DNA from: Betaproteobacteria bacterium RIFCSPLOWO2_12_FULL_68_19
GTDB lineage: Bacteria > Pseudomonadota > Gammaproteobacteria > Burkholderiales > SG8-39
Direction of reading: 5' to 3'
Assembly (NCBI GenBank): GCA_001772055.1
Contig: MERP01000022.1
Location: forward strand, 623 to 50,281
DNA length: 49,659 nucleotides
Shown here: one piece after another, positions 8,490 through 16,973 of the stretch
Position numbering within the stretch: the stretch's first letter is position 1
Layout of the letters: each line of letters starts with the position of its first letter
Notes under the pieces: generated by a model
Database searches by the model: none
What the model was told of the DNA's origin: nothing
The model's input: the letters and a program-made list of their open reading frames with translations, nothing else
Translations under genes and position numbers: made by a program

Positions 8490-9830
8490 ATGTGGACTGT
8501 AGCGCAGCTCGGCGCGGATCTGGCGGCGGGCAAGACCTCGAGCCGCGAGATCGTCGAGCAGGCGCTCACGCGCATCGCCGAGCGCGACGGCGAGGGGGCA
8601 CGGGCGTTCCTGCAGGTCAACGCCGAGGGCGCGCGCGCCGAGGCTGATTTCGCCGACCGGCTGCGCAAGCGCGGCGTGCGCCGCTCGCCGGTCGACGGCC
8701 TGCCGGTCTCGCTCAAGGATCTCTTCGACGTGGCGGGCGAGGTGACGCGCGCCGGCTCGAAGATCATGGGAAACACCGTCAAGAAAGCGGACGCAGCAGC
8801 GGTGGCCAGGCTGCGCGCGGCGGGCGCCGTGTTCATCGGCCGTACCAATATGGTGGAGTTCGCCTTCGGCGGCGTCGGCCTCAACCCGCACTACGGCACG
8901 CCGAAGAACCCCTGGGACCGCAACACGGGGCGGGTGCCGGGCGGCTCTTCCTCGGGCGCGGCGGTCGCCCAGGCCGGCGGCATGTGCGTGATGGCGCTCG
9001 GCTCGGACACGGGCGGCTCGGTGCGCATTCCGTCGGCGCTGTGCGGCCTCGCCGGCTTCAAGCCGACGGCGCGCCGCGTGCCGCTCGAGGGCGCGTTCCC
9101 GCTGTCGTTCAGCCTCGACTCGATCGGCCCGCTCGCCAACAGCGTCGGCTGCTGCGCTGCGTACGACGCGGTGCTGAGCGGCGAGCCGGCCGCCGCGCTG
9201 GCCGAGCTCCCGGTGAAAGGATTGAGGCTGCTCCTGCCGCGCTCCTCGATGCTCGAGGAGCTCGACGCGCCGGTCGAGCGCGCCTTCCAGGCGGCGCTCG
9301 CGCGGCTCGGCGCGGCCGGGGCGAGCCTCGAGGAAAGACCGGCGCCGCTCTTCGACCGCCGCGGCGAGTATTTCAGGCGAGGCGGCTTCGCCGCGGCGGA
9401 GGCCTACCATGTGCACCGGCCCCATCTCGCGCGGCTCGGCGAATGCGACCCGCGCGTGAGCGCCCGCATCCTGCTCGGCAAGGACTTCCCGGCGGCGGAC
9501 TATGTCGCGCTCGGCGAGCAGCGCGCCGCGGCGAGGCGCGAATTCGAGGCGCTCGCGGCGCCCTTCGACGCCGTGGTGATGCCCGCGGTGGCCTGCGTGG
9601 CGCCGGGCATCGCCGAGGCCGGCGCGAGCGACGAGGATTACGCGCGCTGGAACCTGCGCATCCTGCGCAATCCGGCGTTCATCAACTTCGTCGACGGCTG
9701 CGCGGCGACGCTCCCCTGCCACGAGCCGGGGACGGCGCCGGTCGGCTTCATGGTGTGCGGGCCGGCGATGAGCGACCGGCGCATTCTGGCGGTATCGGCT
9801 GCCATTGAACGAGCGCTTTCCCGCGATTGA
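8490..9830 (+). CDS. Amidase-signature (AS) family hydrolase
   Basis: An internal ATG at 8490 gives MWTVAQLGADLAAGKTSSREIV. Catalytic Lys context PVSLKDLFDV and the GGSSSGAA signature are present. 446 aa. Confidence 0.85.
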   Translation: MWTVAQLGADLAAGKTSSREIVEQALTRIAERDGEGARAFLQVNAEGARAEADFADRLRKRGVRRSPVDGLPVSLKDLFDVAGEVTRAGSKIMGNTVKKADAAAVARLRAAGAVFIGRTNMVEFAFGGVGLNPHYGTPKNPWDRNTGRVPGGSSSGAAVAQAGGMCVMALGSDTGGSVRIPSALCGLAGFKPTARRVPLEGAFPLSFSLDSIGPLANSVGCCAAYDAVLSGEPAAALAELPVKGLRLLLPRSSMLEELDAPVERAFQAALARLGAAGASLEERPAPLFDRRGEYFRRGGFAAAEAYHVHRPHLARLGECDPRVSARILLGKDFPAADYVALGEQRAAARREFEALAAPFDAVVMPAVACVAPGIAEAGASDEDYARWNLRILRNPAFINFVDGCAATLPCHEPGTAPVGFMVCGPAMSDRRILAVSAAIERALSRD

Positions 9831-10608
9831 CCCGCGCGCCGCGCGCCGGCGCTTCGAACGTGCCGCAGCCAGCTACGCAGAGGCCTCGCGCATGGAGGCG
9901 GAGGTCGGCGCGCGCATGCTCGAGCGCCTCGACTACCTGAAAATCGCGCCGCGGCGCATCCTCGACGCGGGTAGCGGCCCGGCGCGCGAGGCGAAGGCGC
10001 TCGCGCGGCGCTACGCCAGGGCGCAGCTCGTCGCGCTGGATATTTCGCTGCCGCTGCTGCGCCGGGCCAGAGGCTGGTTTCTCGACAAGAAACACCTCGT
10101 TTGCGGAGATATTGTGCAGCTGCCGTTCGCCGACGGCAGCGTCGATCTCGTCTGGTCGAGCATGGCGCTGCACTGGGCGAGCGACCCGGCCGCCGCGCTG
10201 CGCGAGCTCGAGCGCGTGCTCGCCCCCGGCGGGCTGCTGATGTTCAGCACGCTCGGCCCCGACACGCTGAAGGAATTGCGCGCCGCGGCAGGCGCCGCGC
10301 GCGTGCACGCCTTCATCGACATGCATGACATAGGCGACATGCTGGTCGCCGCCGGCCTCTCGGCGCCGGTGATGGACATGGAGATGCTCGAGCTCACCTA
10401 TCGGGACCCGGCACTGCTGTTGCAGGATCTGCGCGCGAGCGGCCAGACCAGCGCGCGCGCCGACCGCCCGCGCGGGCTCGCCGGCAGGCGCTTCGGCGAG
10501 CGGCTGCGCGAGCGGCTCGCGCCGCGCGCCACCTTCGAGGTGGTGTACGGCCACGCGTGGAAGCGCGAGCAGGTCAAGACGGTGCGCGTTTTCAAGCGCC
10601 TTCCTTGA
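9805..10608 (+). CDS. bioC: Malonyl-[ACP] O-methyltransferase BioC
   Basis: Colinear with E. coli BioC: FERAAASYAEAS, ILDAGSGPA, ALDISLPLLRRAR and GDIVQLPFADGSVDLVWSSMALHW. Overlaps the amidase 3' end by 26 nt. Confidence 0.8.
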   Translation: MNERFPAIDPRAARRRFERAAASYAEASRMEAEVGARMLERLDYLKIAPRRILDAGSGPAREAKALARRYARAQLVALDISLPLLRRARGWFLDKKHLVCGDIVQLPFADGSVDLVWSSMALHWASDPAAALRELERVLAPGGLLMFSTLGPDTLKELRAAAGAARVHAFIDMHDIGDMLVAAGLSAPVMDMEMLELTYRDPALLLQDLRASGQTSARADRPRGLAGRRFGERLRERLAPRATFEVVYGHAWKREQVKTVRVFKRLP

Positions 10609-10624
10609 GGCGGCGCATTCTCCT

Positions 10625-11134
10625 GTGGTAAGTTACGCCGCTTCGGTGGACGGGAGTCAGAACATTCCGCGGCGCGAGCTGGCGTTCCTGGATGAGCGCG
10701 GCGGCTTCAGCCTGACCCTCAAGCGTAACTGCTCGAACTCCCCGGCCGGCTTCGCATGCGCATGCGGCGCGCTCGCGGTTGCGGCGCTCGCCATCGGCAC
10801 GGGATTCGCGCTCGCCGGCGCCTGGCTGGTGCTGCCGTTCGCGGGGCTGGAGGCGCTGGCGCTGGGCGCGGCGTTCGTGCTGTATGCGCGGCACGCCGCC
10901 GACTACGAGCGCATCGAGCTCGGCGCGGGCCGCCTCACCGTCGAGGTCGCCGACGCGCAGCGCTCGGCGCGCTACGAGCTCGACGCGCGGCGGGTGCAGG
11001 TGTGCGTGCGGAACGAGCACGGCGTGCGCGTGGTGCTGCGCGGGCCGAAGGAAGAGCTCGAGGTGGGGAGGAATCTGGACGCCGAGGCGCGCCTGAGATT
11101 CGCCGCCGAGCTCGACAAGAGATTGCGGATCTGA
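10625..11134 (+). CDS. DUF2244-type integral membrane protein associated with cytochrome oxidase clusters
   Basis: 169 aa with two TM helices followed by a soluble domain. It sits immediately upstream of coxB, as in many proteobacterial aa3 clusters. Confidence 0.7.
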   Translation: MVSYAASVDGSQNIPRRELAFLDERGGFSLTLKRNCSNSPAGFACACGALAVAALAIGTGFALAGAWLVLPFAGLEALALGAAFVLYARHAADYERIELGAGRLTVEVADAQRSARYELDARRVQVCVRNEHGVRVVLRGPKEELEVGRNLDAEARLRFAAELDKRLRI

Positions 11135-11145
11135 ATCGGGGAACG

Positions 11146-12276
11146 ATGCACATGAGGGGTACGAGAATCGTTTCGGTCCTGGCGGGCCTCGCAGGGCTCG
11201 CCGCTTCGGGCGCAGCGCACGCCATCGCCTGGTACTTCCAGACTCCCGTCTCGGGCATCGCGCGCGACATCGATCAGCTCCACCAGGTCATCATGTGGCT
11301 GATCATCGTCATCTTCGTCGGCGTGTTCGGCTTCATGTTCTGGGCCTGCTACGCGCACCGCAAGTCGAAGGGCCACCGGGCCGAGCAGTTCCACGAGAAC
11401 ACCACGGTCGAGATCCTCTGGACCGTGATCCCGGCGCTGATCCTGGTGATCATCGCCTGGCCGGTGACCAAGACGGTGATCGCGCAGAAGGACACCGCCG
11501 CGCCCGAGCTCACGATCAAAGTGACCGGCTACCAGTGGAAGTGGGGCTACGACTACCTGAGGGGCGAGGGCGAGGGCATCAGCTTCGTCTCCATGCTCGC
11601 CACCCCGCGCGAGCAGATCGAAGGCGGCGCCCGGAAGGGCGAGAACTACCTGCTCGAGGTCGACAACGAGATGGTGGTGCCGGTGGGCAAGAAGATCCGC
11701 GTCATCGTCACCGCGGCCGACGTGATCCACGCCTGGTGGGTCCCGGCGTTCGGCGCCAAGCAGGACGCGATCCCCGGCTTCCTGCGCGACACCTGGTTCC
11801 GCGTCGACAGGCCCGGCACCTACCGCGGCCAGTGCACCGAGCTCTGCGGCAAGGAGCACGGCTTCATGCCGATCGTGGTGCGCGCGGTGCCGGCCGAGGA
11901 CTATACGAAATGGGTCGGCGAGCGCAAGCAGGCGATGGCCGCCGTGGCCGAGGACCCGAGCAAGACCTGGAAGGTGGACGAGCTGGTGGCGCGCGGCGAG
12001 AAGGTCTATGCCGCCAACTGCGTCGCCTGCCACCAGGCGAGCGGGCGCGGCGCCCCGCCTGCTTTCCCGCCGCTCGCCGGCTCGAAGGTGGTCAACGGCC
12101 CGGAGCCCGGGCAGATCGACGTGGTGCTGAACGGCCGGCCGAATACGGCGATGCAGGCGTTCGGCAAGCAGCTTTCCGACACCGACATCGCGGCGGTGAT
12201 CACTTTCACGCGCAAGTCCTGGGGCAACAAGGCGAGCGAGGTCCAGCCCGCCGAAGTCAAGGCAAGAAGGAAATAA
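11146..12276 (+). CDS. coxB: Cytochrome c oxidase subunit II with fused C-terminal cytochrome c domain
   Basis: An internal ATG at 11146 gives a signal sequence and two TM helices. CuA site HAWWVP...CTELCGKEHGFM and C-terminal CVACHQ heme c motif. Confidence 0.93.
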   Translation: MHMRGTRIVSVLAGLAGLAASGAAHAIAWYFQTPVSGIARDIDQLHQVIMWLIIVIFVGVFGFMFWACYAHRKSKGHRAEQFHENTTVEILWTVIPALILVIIAWPVTKTVIAQKDTAAPELTIKVTGYQWKWGYDYLRGEGEGISFVSMLATPREQIEGGARKGENYLLEVDNEMVVPVGKKIRVIVTAADVIHAWWVPAFGAKQDAIPGFLRDTWFRVDRPGTYRGQCTELCGKEHGFMPIVVRAVPAEDYTKWVGERKQAMAAVAEDPSKTWKVDELVARGEKVYAANCVACHQASGRGAPPAFPPLAGSKVVNGPEPGQIDVVLNGRPNTAMQAFGKQLSDTDIAAVITFTRKSWGNKASEVQPAEVKARRK

Positions 12277-12279
12277 CTC

Positions 12280-13869
12280 ATGAGCGCAGTCGTAGACACA
12301 CACGCCCACGGCCACCATGATCACCATGGTGGGTACGGCGGGATCATGCGCTGGATCACCACCACCAACCACAAGGACATCGGCACGCTGTACCTGTGGT
12401 TCAGCTTCATCATGTTCTCGGTCGGCGGGCTGATGGCGGTCGGGATCCGCATGGAGCTGTTCTCGCCCGGGCTGCAGGTCATGGACCCGGACTTCTTCAA
12501 CCAGCTCACCACCATGCACGGGCTGATCATGGTGTTCGGCGCGATCATGCCGGTGTTCGTCGGCTTCGCGAACTGGCAGATCCCGATGATGATCGGCGCG
12601 CCCGACATGGCCTTCGCGCGCCTCAACAACTGGTCGTTCTGGCTGCTGCCGTTCGCCGCCACGCTGCTGGTGCTGTCGTTCTTCATGCCGGGCGGCGCCC
12701 CGGGCGTGGGCTGGACGATGTACGCGCCGCTCACCGTGCAGATGGGCATCGGCATGGACCTCACCATCTTCGCCGTGCACATCCTGGGGATGAGCTCGAT
12801 CCTCGGCTCGATCAACATCATCACCACCATCCTCAACATGCGCGCCCCCGGGATGACGCTGATGAAGATGCCGCTGTTCGTCTGGACCTGGCTCATCACC
12901 GCCTACCTGCTGGTGGCGGCGATGCCGGTGCTCGCCGGCGCGGTCACCATGACGCTCACCGACCGGCACTTCGGCACCTCGTTCTTCAACGCCGCGGGCG
13001 GCGGCGACCCGGTGCTCTACCAGCACGTGTTCTGGTTCTTCGGCCACCCGGAGGTGTACATCATCGCGCTGCCGGGATTCGGCGTGATCTCGCAGGTGAT
13101 CCCGGCGTTCTCGAGGAAGCCGCTGTTCGGCTACGCCTCGATGGTCTACGCCACCTCGGCCATCGCCATCATCTCGTTCATCGTCTGGGCCCACCATATG
13201 TACACCGTGGGCATGCCGGTGACGGGGCAGCTGTTCTTCATGTACGCGACCATGCTGGTGGCGGTGCCCACCGGGGTGAAGGTGTTCAACTGGGTGGCGA
13301 CGATGTGGAAGGGCTCGCTCACCTTCGAGACGCCGATGCTGTTCGCCTGCGGCTTCCTGTTCATGTTCACGCTCGGCGGCTTCACCGGCCTGGTGCTGTC
13401 GCTCGTGCCGATCGACATCCAGGTGCACGACACCTACTACGTGGTGGCGCACTTCCATTACGTGATGGTGGCGGGCGCGCTGTTCGCCGCCTTCGCCGGC
13501 ATCTACTTCTGGATCCCGAAGTGGACCGGCCACATGTACAACGAGACCCTCGGCAAGATCCACTTCTGGCTGACGCTCGTCTTCTTCAACATGATCTTCT
13601 TCGTGCAGCACTTCCTCGGGCTCGCGGGCATGCCGCGGCGCATCCCCGACTACCCGCTGATGTTCGAGACCTGGAACAAGATCTCGTCGCTCGGCGCGTT
13701 CGGCATGGGGCTCGCGCAGCTGCTGTTCCTGTACGTCGTGATCGATTGCATCCGCAAGGGCGCGCCGGCGCCGCAGAAGCCCTGGGAGGGCGCCGACTCG
13801 CTCGAGTGGACGCACCTGCCGACGCCGGTGCCCTACCACACGTTCGAAACGCCGCCCGTGGTGAAGTGA
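12280..13869 (+). CDS. ctaD: Cytochrome c oxidase subunit I
   Basis: 529 aa with highly conserved heme-copper oxidase motifs (WFFGHPEVYI, HHMYTVG, VAHFHYV). Confidence 0.97.
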   Translation: MSAVVDTHAHGHHDHHGGYGGIMRWITTTNHKDIGTLYLWFSFIMFSVGGLMAVGIRMELFSPGLQVMDPDFFNQLTTMHGLIMVFGAIMPVFVGFANWQIPMMIGAPDMAFARLNNWSFWLLPFAATLLVLSFFMPGGAPGVGWTMYAPLTVQMGIGMDLTIFAVHILGMSSILGSINIITTILNMRAPGMTLMKMPLFVWTWLITAYLLVAAMPVLAGAVTMTLTDRHFGTSFFNAAGGGDPVLYQHVFWFFGHPEVYIIALPGFGVISQVIPAFSRKPLFGYASMVYATSAIAIISFIVWAHHMYTVGMPVTGQLFFMYATMLVAVPTGVKVFNWVATMWKGSLTFETPMLFACGFLFMFTLGGFTGLVLSLVPIDIQVHDTYYVVAHFHYVMVAGALFAAFAGIYFWIPKWTGHMYNETLGKIHFWLTLVFFNMIFFVQHFLGLAGMPRRIPDYPLMFETWNKISSLGAFGMGLAQLLFLYVVIDCIRKGAPAPQKPWEGADSLEWTHLPTPVPYHTFETPPVVK

Positions 13870-13982
13870 GCAAGAACCTGATCGAAGTGAACCGTAACGT
13901 CAAGACTGCACTCGTGCTCGCCTCGATCGCTCTTGCCTTCTTCCTCGGCATCATCGCCAAGTACTGGCTGCTGAACGGATGA
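13866..13982 (+). CDS. Small single-TM cytochrome oxidase assembly-type protein
   Basis: 38 codons from a GTG that overlaps the ctaD stop (GTGA), ending in an ATGA overlap with ctaG. It has one hydrophobic helix (ALVLASIALAFFLGIIA). The call rests on position and coupling only. Confidence 0.6.
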   Translation: MSKNLIEVNRNVKTALVLASIALAFFLGIIAKYWLLNG

Positions 13983-14524
13983 GCGTCGATAAGGCAGAAA
14001 TGCGGCAGGAGAACCGGCGCCTCTCGAGGCGCCTCGCCATCGTCGCGGTGGCGATGTTCGGCTTCGGCTTCGCGCTGGTGCCGTTCTACAACCAGATCTG
14101 CGCGGCGCTAGGGGTGAATTCCATTGTAGAAAAAAGTGAGCCCCTGAACAGCCAGATCGATTCCACCCGGACCGTCACCATCGAGCTGGATTCCAACACG
14201 CACGACCTGCCGTGGCGCTTCCGCCCGCTGGTGAGCCACCTCACCGTGCACCCGGGCGAGCTCGCCACCGTGGAGTACGAAGTGGTCAACGTGCGCGCCG
14301 CGCCGGTCACCGGCCAGGCGGTGCCGAGCTACGGCCCGCAGCATGCCGGCGAGTACTTCAAGAAGCTGGAATGCTTCTGCTTCACCCAGCAGACGCTCGC
14401 CGCCGGCGAGACGCGCCGCATGCCGGTGACCTTCGTCGTCGACCCGAGGCTGCCGCGCGACGTGAGCACGATCGCCGTGTCGTACACCTTTTTCGAGGTA
14501 GCAGGCCGGGGAGGAAAGAGTTAG
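13979..14524 (+). CDS. ctaG: Cytochrome c oxidase assembly protein CtaG/Cox11
   Basis: 181 aa with an N-terminal TM helix and the Cox11 copper motif FKKLECFCFTQQTL. Confidence 0.92.
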   Translation: MSVDKAEMRQENRRLSRRLAIVAVAMFGFGFALVPFYNQICAALGVNSIVEKSEPLNSQIDSTRTVTIELDSNTHDLPWRFRPLVSHLTVHPGELATVEYEVVNVRAAPVTGQAVPSYGPQHAGEYFKKLECFCFTQQTLAAGETRRMPVTFVVDPRLPRDVSTIAVSYTFFEVAGRGGKS

Positions 14525-14535
14525 TGGCGAGCGTC

Positions 14536-14718
14536 ATGAAGCAGGCCTCCTTCCTCGACATCCTGAAGACCGTGCTCTCGGGAGCCATCGGCATCCGGCG
14601 CAAGGCCGACGCCGAGAAGACTCCACTCAACCCGGTGCACGTCGTCATCGCGGCCGTCGCCTTCGCCGTCCTGTTCATATTGACCCTGGTCACGATCGTC
14701 AGCATCGTCACCAGCTGA
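14536..14718 (+). CDS. DUF2970-type small membrane protein
   Basis: 60 aa: MKQASFLDILKTVLSGAIGIRRK followed by a C-terminal TM helix. Conserved position between ctaG and subunit III. Confidence 0.6.
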   Translation: MKQASFLDILKTVLSGAIGIRRKADAEKTPLNPVHVVIAAVAFAVLFILTLVTIVSIVTS

Positions 14719-14733
14719 AGGGAGAATACGAAA

Positions 14734-15603
14734 ATGGCGCAAAGCGCATCCCCCTCCGGCCGGCAGCAGCACTACGCGGTGCCTTCGCCGATGCCGTGGC
14801 CGATCATGGGCTCGACCGCGCTGTTCCTGATGGCGCTCGGCGCGGCGTTCGTGTTCAACGGCATGCTGGCCGGCTGGGCGTCGATCGCCGCCGGCTTCGT
14901 GCTGCTGCTGTACATGATGGCGCGCTGGTTCGGCGAGGTGATCGGCGAGTCCGAGGGCGGCAAGTACGGCGGCTGGGAGGACGGCTCGTTCCGCTGGGGC
15001 ATGAGCCTGTTCATCTTCTCCGAGGTGATGTTCTTCGCCGCCTTCTTCGGCGCGCTGTTCTGGACGCGCGTGATGTCGGTGCCCGACCTCGCGAGCATCG
15101 AGAGCAACGCGCTGATGTGGCCGGGGTTCGACGCGCACTGGCCTTCCGCCGGACCGGCGTTCCTCGAGAAGTTCCAGAGCATGGGGGCCTGGGGGCTGCC
15201 CGCAATCAATACCGCGCTGCTCCTGTCCTCCGGGGTCACGGTCACGTTCGCGCACTGGGCGCTGATCCGCAACGACCGCGCGAAGCTGCTGGTCTGGCTC
15301 GCCCTGACCGTGCTGCTGGGCGCGACCTTCCTCGGCGTGCAGGCTTACGAGTACGGCCACGCCTACAGCGCGCTCAACCTCAAGCTGAGCACCGGCGTCT
15401 ACGGCTCGACGTTCTTCATGCTCACCGGCTTCCACGGCTTCCATGTCACGATCGGCGCGATCATGCTCACGGTGATCTGGTTCCGCTGCCTGAAAGGGCA
15501 CTTCAATCCCGACCACCACTTTGCCTTCGAGGGTGTGGCCTGGTACTGGCACTTCGTCGACGTGGTCTGGCTGGGCCTCTTTATCTTCGTCTACTGGCTA
15601 TAG
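14734..15603 (+). CDS. ctaE: Cytochrome c oxidase subunit III
   Basis: 289 aa, multi-TM, with FFMLTGFHGFHVTIG and WYWHFVDVVWL motifs. Confidence 0.95.
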   Translation: MAQSASPSGRQQHYAVPSPMPWPIMGSTALFLMALGAAFVFNGMLAGWASIAAGFVLLLYMMARWFGEVIGESEGGKYGGWEDGSFRWGMSLFIFSEVMFFAAFFGALFWTRVMSVPDLASIESNALMWPGFDAHWPSAGPAFLEKFQSMGAWGLPAINTALLLSSGVTVTFAHWALIRNDRAKLLVWLALTVLLGATFLGVQAYEYGHAYSALNLKLSTGVYGSTFFMLTGFHGFHVTIGAIMLTVIWFRCLKGHFNPDHHFAFEGVAWYWHFVDVVWLGLFIFVYWL

Positions 15604-15795
15604 CTTTCCGGGCTGGAGCAGGCCGAAGTAGTAGCCGGCCATCAGGAGCACGAACAGCGCCACCGACAGGCCCACGCGCCAGGTGAGCGCTCTTGCCATG
15701 CGCCTGGAGTCGCCGCGGCTGCGCAGCATGAACACCGCCGCCGAGCCCAGGCTGGCGATGATCGCGAGCAGCATCGCGATGACCACATAGCGCAT
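15598..15795 (-). CDS. Twin-transmembrane-helix small protein (DUF2909-like)
   Basis: 65 aa with two hydrophobic helices. It lies on the opposite strand between subunit III and SURF1, as in other aa3 clusters. Its start ATG shares the CATG tetranucleotide with the SURF1 start. Confidence 0.65.
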   Translation of the reverse strand: MRYVVIAMLLAIIASLGSAAVFMLRSRGDSRRMARALTWRVGLSVALFVLLMAGYYFGLLQPGKL

Positions 15796-16432
15796 GCCGG
15801 CAGGATACTCTTTCCGCCCCAGGCTCTGGGCGCTGCTCGCGGCGGCGGCGGCCTGCGCCGCGGGCATCGCGCTCGGCCTGTGGCAGGCCGGGCGCGCCGC
15901 GGAGAAGCGCGCCGCGCAAACGCAGCTCGAGCACATCAGCGTGCGCGGCGAGTTCCTGCCGCAGCACACCGTGCTGCTCGACAACAAGCTGCGGCGCGGC
16001 CGCGCCGGATACGAGGTGGTAACGCCGCTCAAGCTCGCGGGCAGCGCCATGCACGTGCTGGTGAAGCGCGGCTGGATCGCCGCGGGAGCGACGCGCAACG
16101 AGCTTCCAGAAGTGAAGACGTCAAGAGGAGAAATCGCGGTGGAGGGCATCGTGCGCGAGCACCTGCCGCGCGTGCTGCAGGCCGGTCCGGCGCAACGCGG
16201 CAAGCTGCGCCAGAACCTGGCGGTGGAGGACTTCGCCGTCGAGACCGGCCTTGCGCTGCTGCCGTTCGTGATCGAGCAGCACTCGCGGGCCGACGACGGC
16301 CTGCTGCGCGAATGGCCGCGCGTCGATGCCGGCGCCGAGAAGAACGAGATGTACTCCCTGCAGTGGTACTCGCTTGCGGCGCTCGCCGTGGCGCTCGCGC
16401 TCGCCCTGTCGTTCAGGAAAATTGAAAAATAA
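15794..16432 (+). CDS. SURF1 family cytochrome oxidase biogenesis protein
   Basis: 212 aa with N- and C-terminal TM helices and the SURF1-like core (GYEVVTPL...LVKRGWI). Confidence 0.85.
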   Translation: MPAGYSFRPRLWALLAAAAACAAGIALGLWQAGRAAEKRAAQTQLEHISVRGEFLPQHTVLLDNKLRRGRAGYEVVTPLKLAGSAMHVLVKRGWIAAGATRNELPEVKTSRGEIAVEGIVREHLPRVLQAGPAQRGKLRQNLAVEDFAVETGLALLPFVIEQHSRADDGLLREWPRVDAGAEKNEMYSLQWYSLAALAVALALALSFRKIEK

Positions 16433-16919
16433 GCTGCTCCTCATCGGGCTGGTGTGCGCGGCGCCGCTGGTGCTCGGCACGGCGGCCTATCTTTTCGGCT
16501 GGGCCCCGGGGGCGAGGGGCAACTACGGCGAGCTCATTGCGCCGCGCGCCGTTTCCCTGCCGCCGCTCGACGCGCTGCGCGGCAAGTGGGTGCTGGTCAG
16601 CACCGACGCCGCGGCCTGCGACGCCTACTGCGAGAAGAAGCTCTACTACATGCGCCAGGTCAGGCGCGCGCAGGGCAAGGACATGCAGCGCGTCGAGCGC
16701 CTGTGGCTGGTGAGCGGCGGCGGCGCGCCGCGCCCGGAGCTGCTCGCCGCGCTCGAGGGCACGCGCGTCGCGAGCCTGCAGGACCCGGCATTCTCCTCCG
16801 AGCACATCTACCTGGTCGATCCGCTCGGCAACCTGATGATGCGCTTTCCGCGCGACCCCGATCCCTCCAGGATGGTCAAGGACCTGCAGCGGCTGCTGAG
16901 GGTCTCGAGGATCGGGTGA
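16422..16919 (+). CDS. Membrane-anchored thioredoxin/SCO-like protein with a CxxxC motif (uncharacterised)
   Basis: A TTG start overlaps the SURF1 3' end. It has an N-terminal TM helix, then GKWVLVSTDAAACDAYCEKK (CDAYC), and ends YLVDPLGNLMMRF, which resembles the SCO fold. Confidence 0.55.
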   Translation: MKNKLLLIGLVCAAPLVLGTAAYLFGWAPGARGNYGELIAPRAVSLPPLDALRGKWVLVSTDAAACDAYCEKKLYYMRQVRRAQGKDMQRVERLWLVSGGGAPRPELLAALEGTRVASLQDPAFSSEHIYLVDPLGNLMMRFPRDPDPSRMVKDLQRLLRVSRIG

Positions 16920-16973
16920 GGCTGCTGGACTCGTGCTAGACTTTTTTGCTTTCCGCGGCTTACGTCCTTCCCG

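Noticed and set aside
10972-13839. 955-aa ORF antisense to coxB/ctaD
   Set aside because: It lies opposite two unmistakable, highly conserved oxidase genes. Its translation is dominated by Arg/His/Asp/Glu/Gly/Pro runs with no recognisable motif. Long stop-free antisense frames are expected at this GC content.
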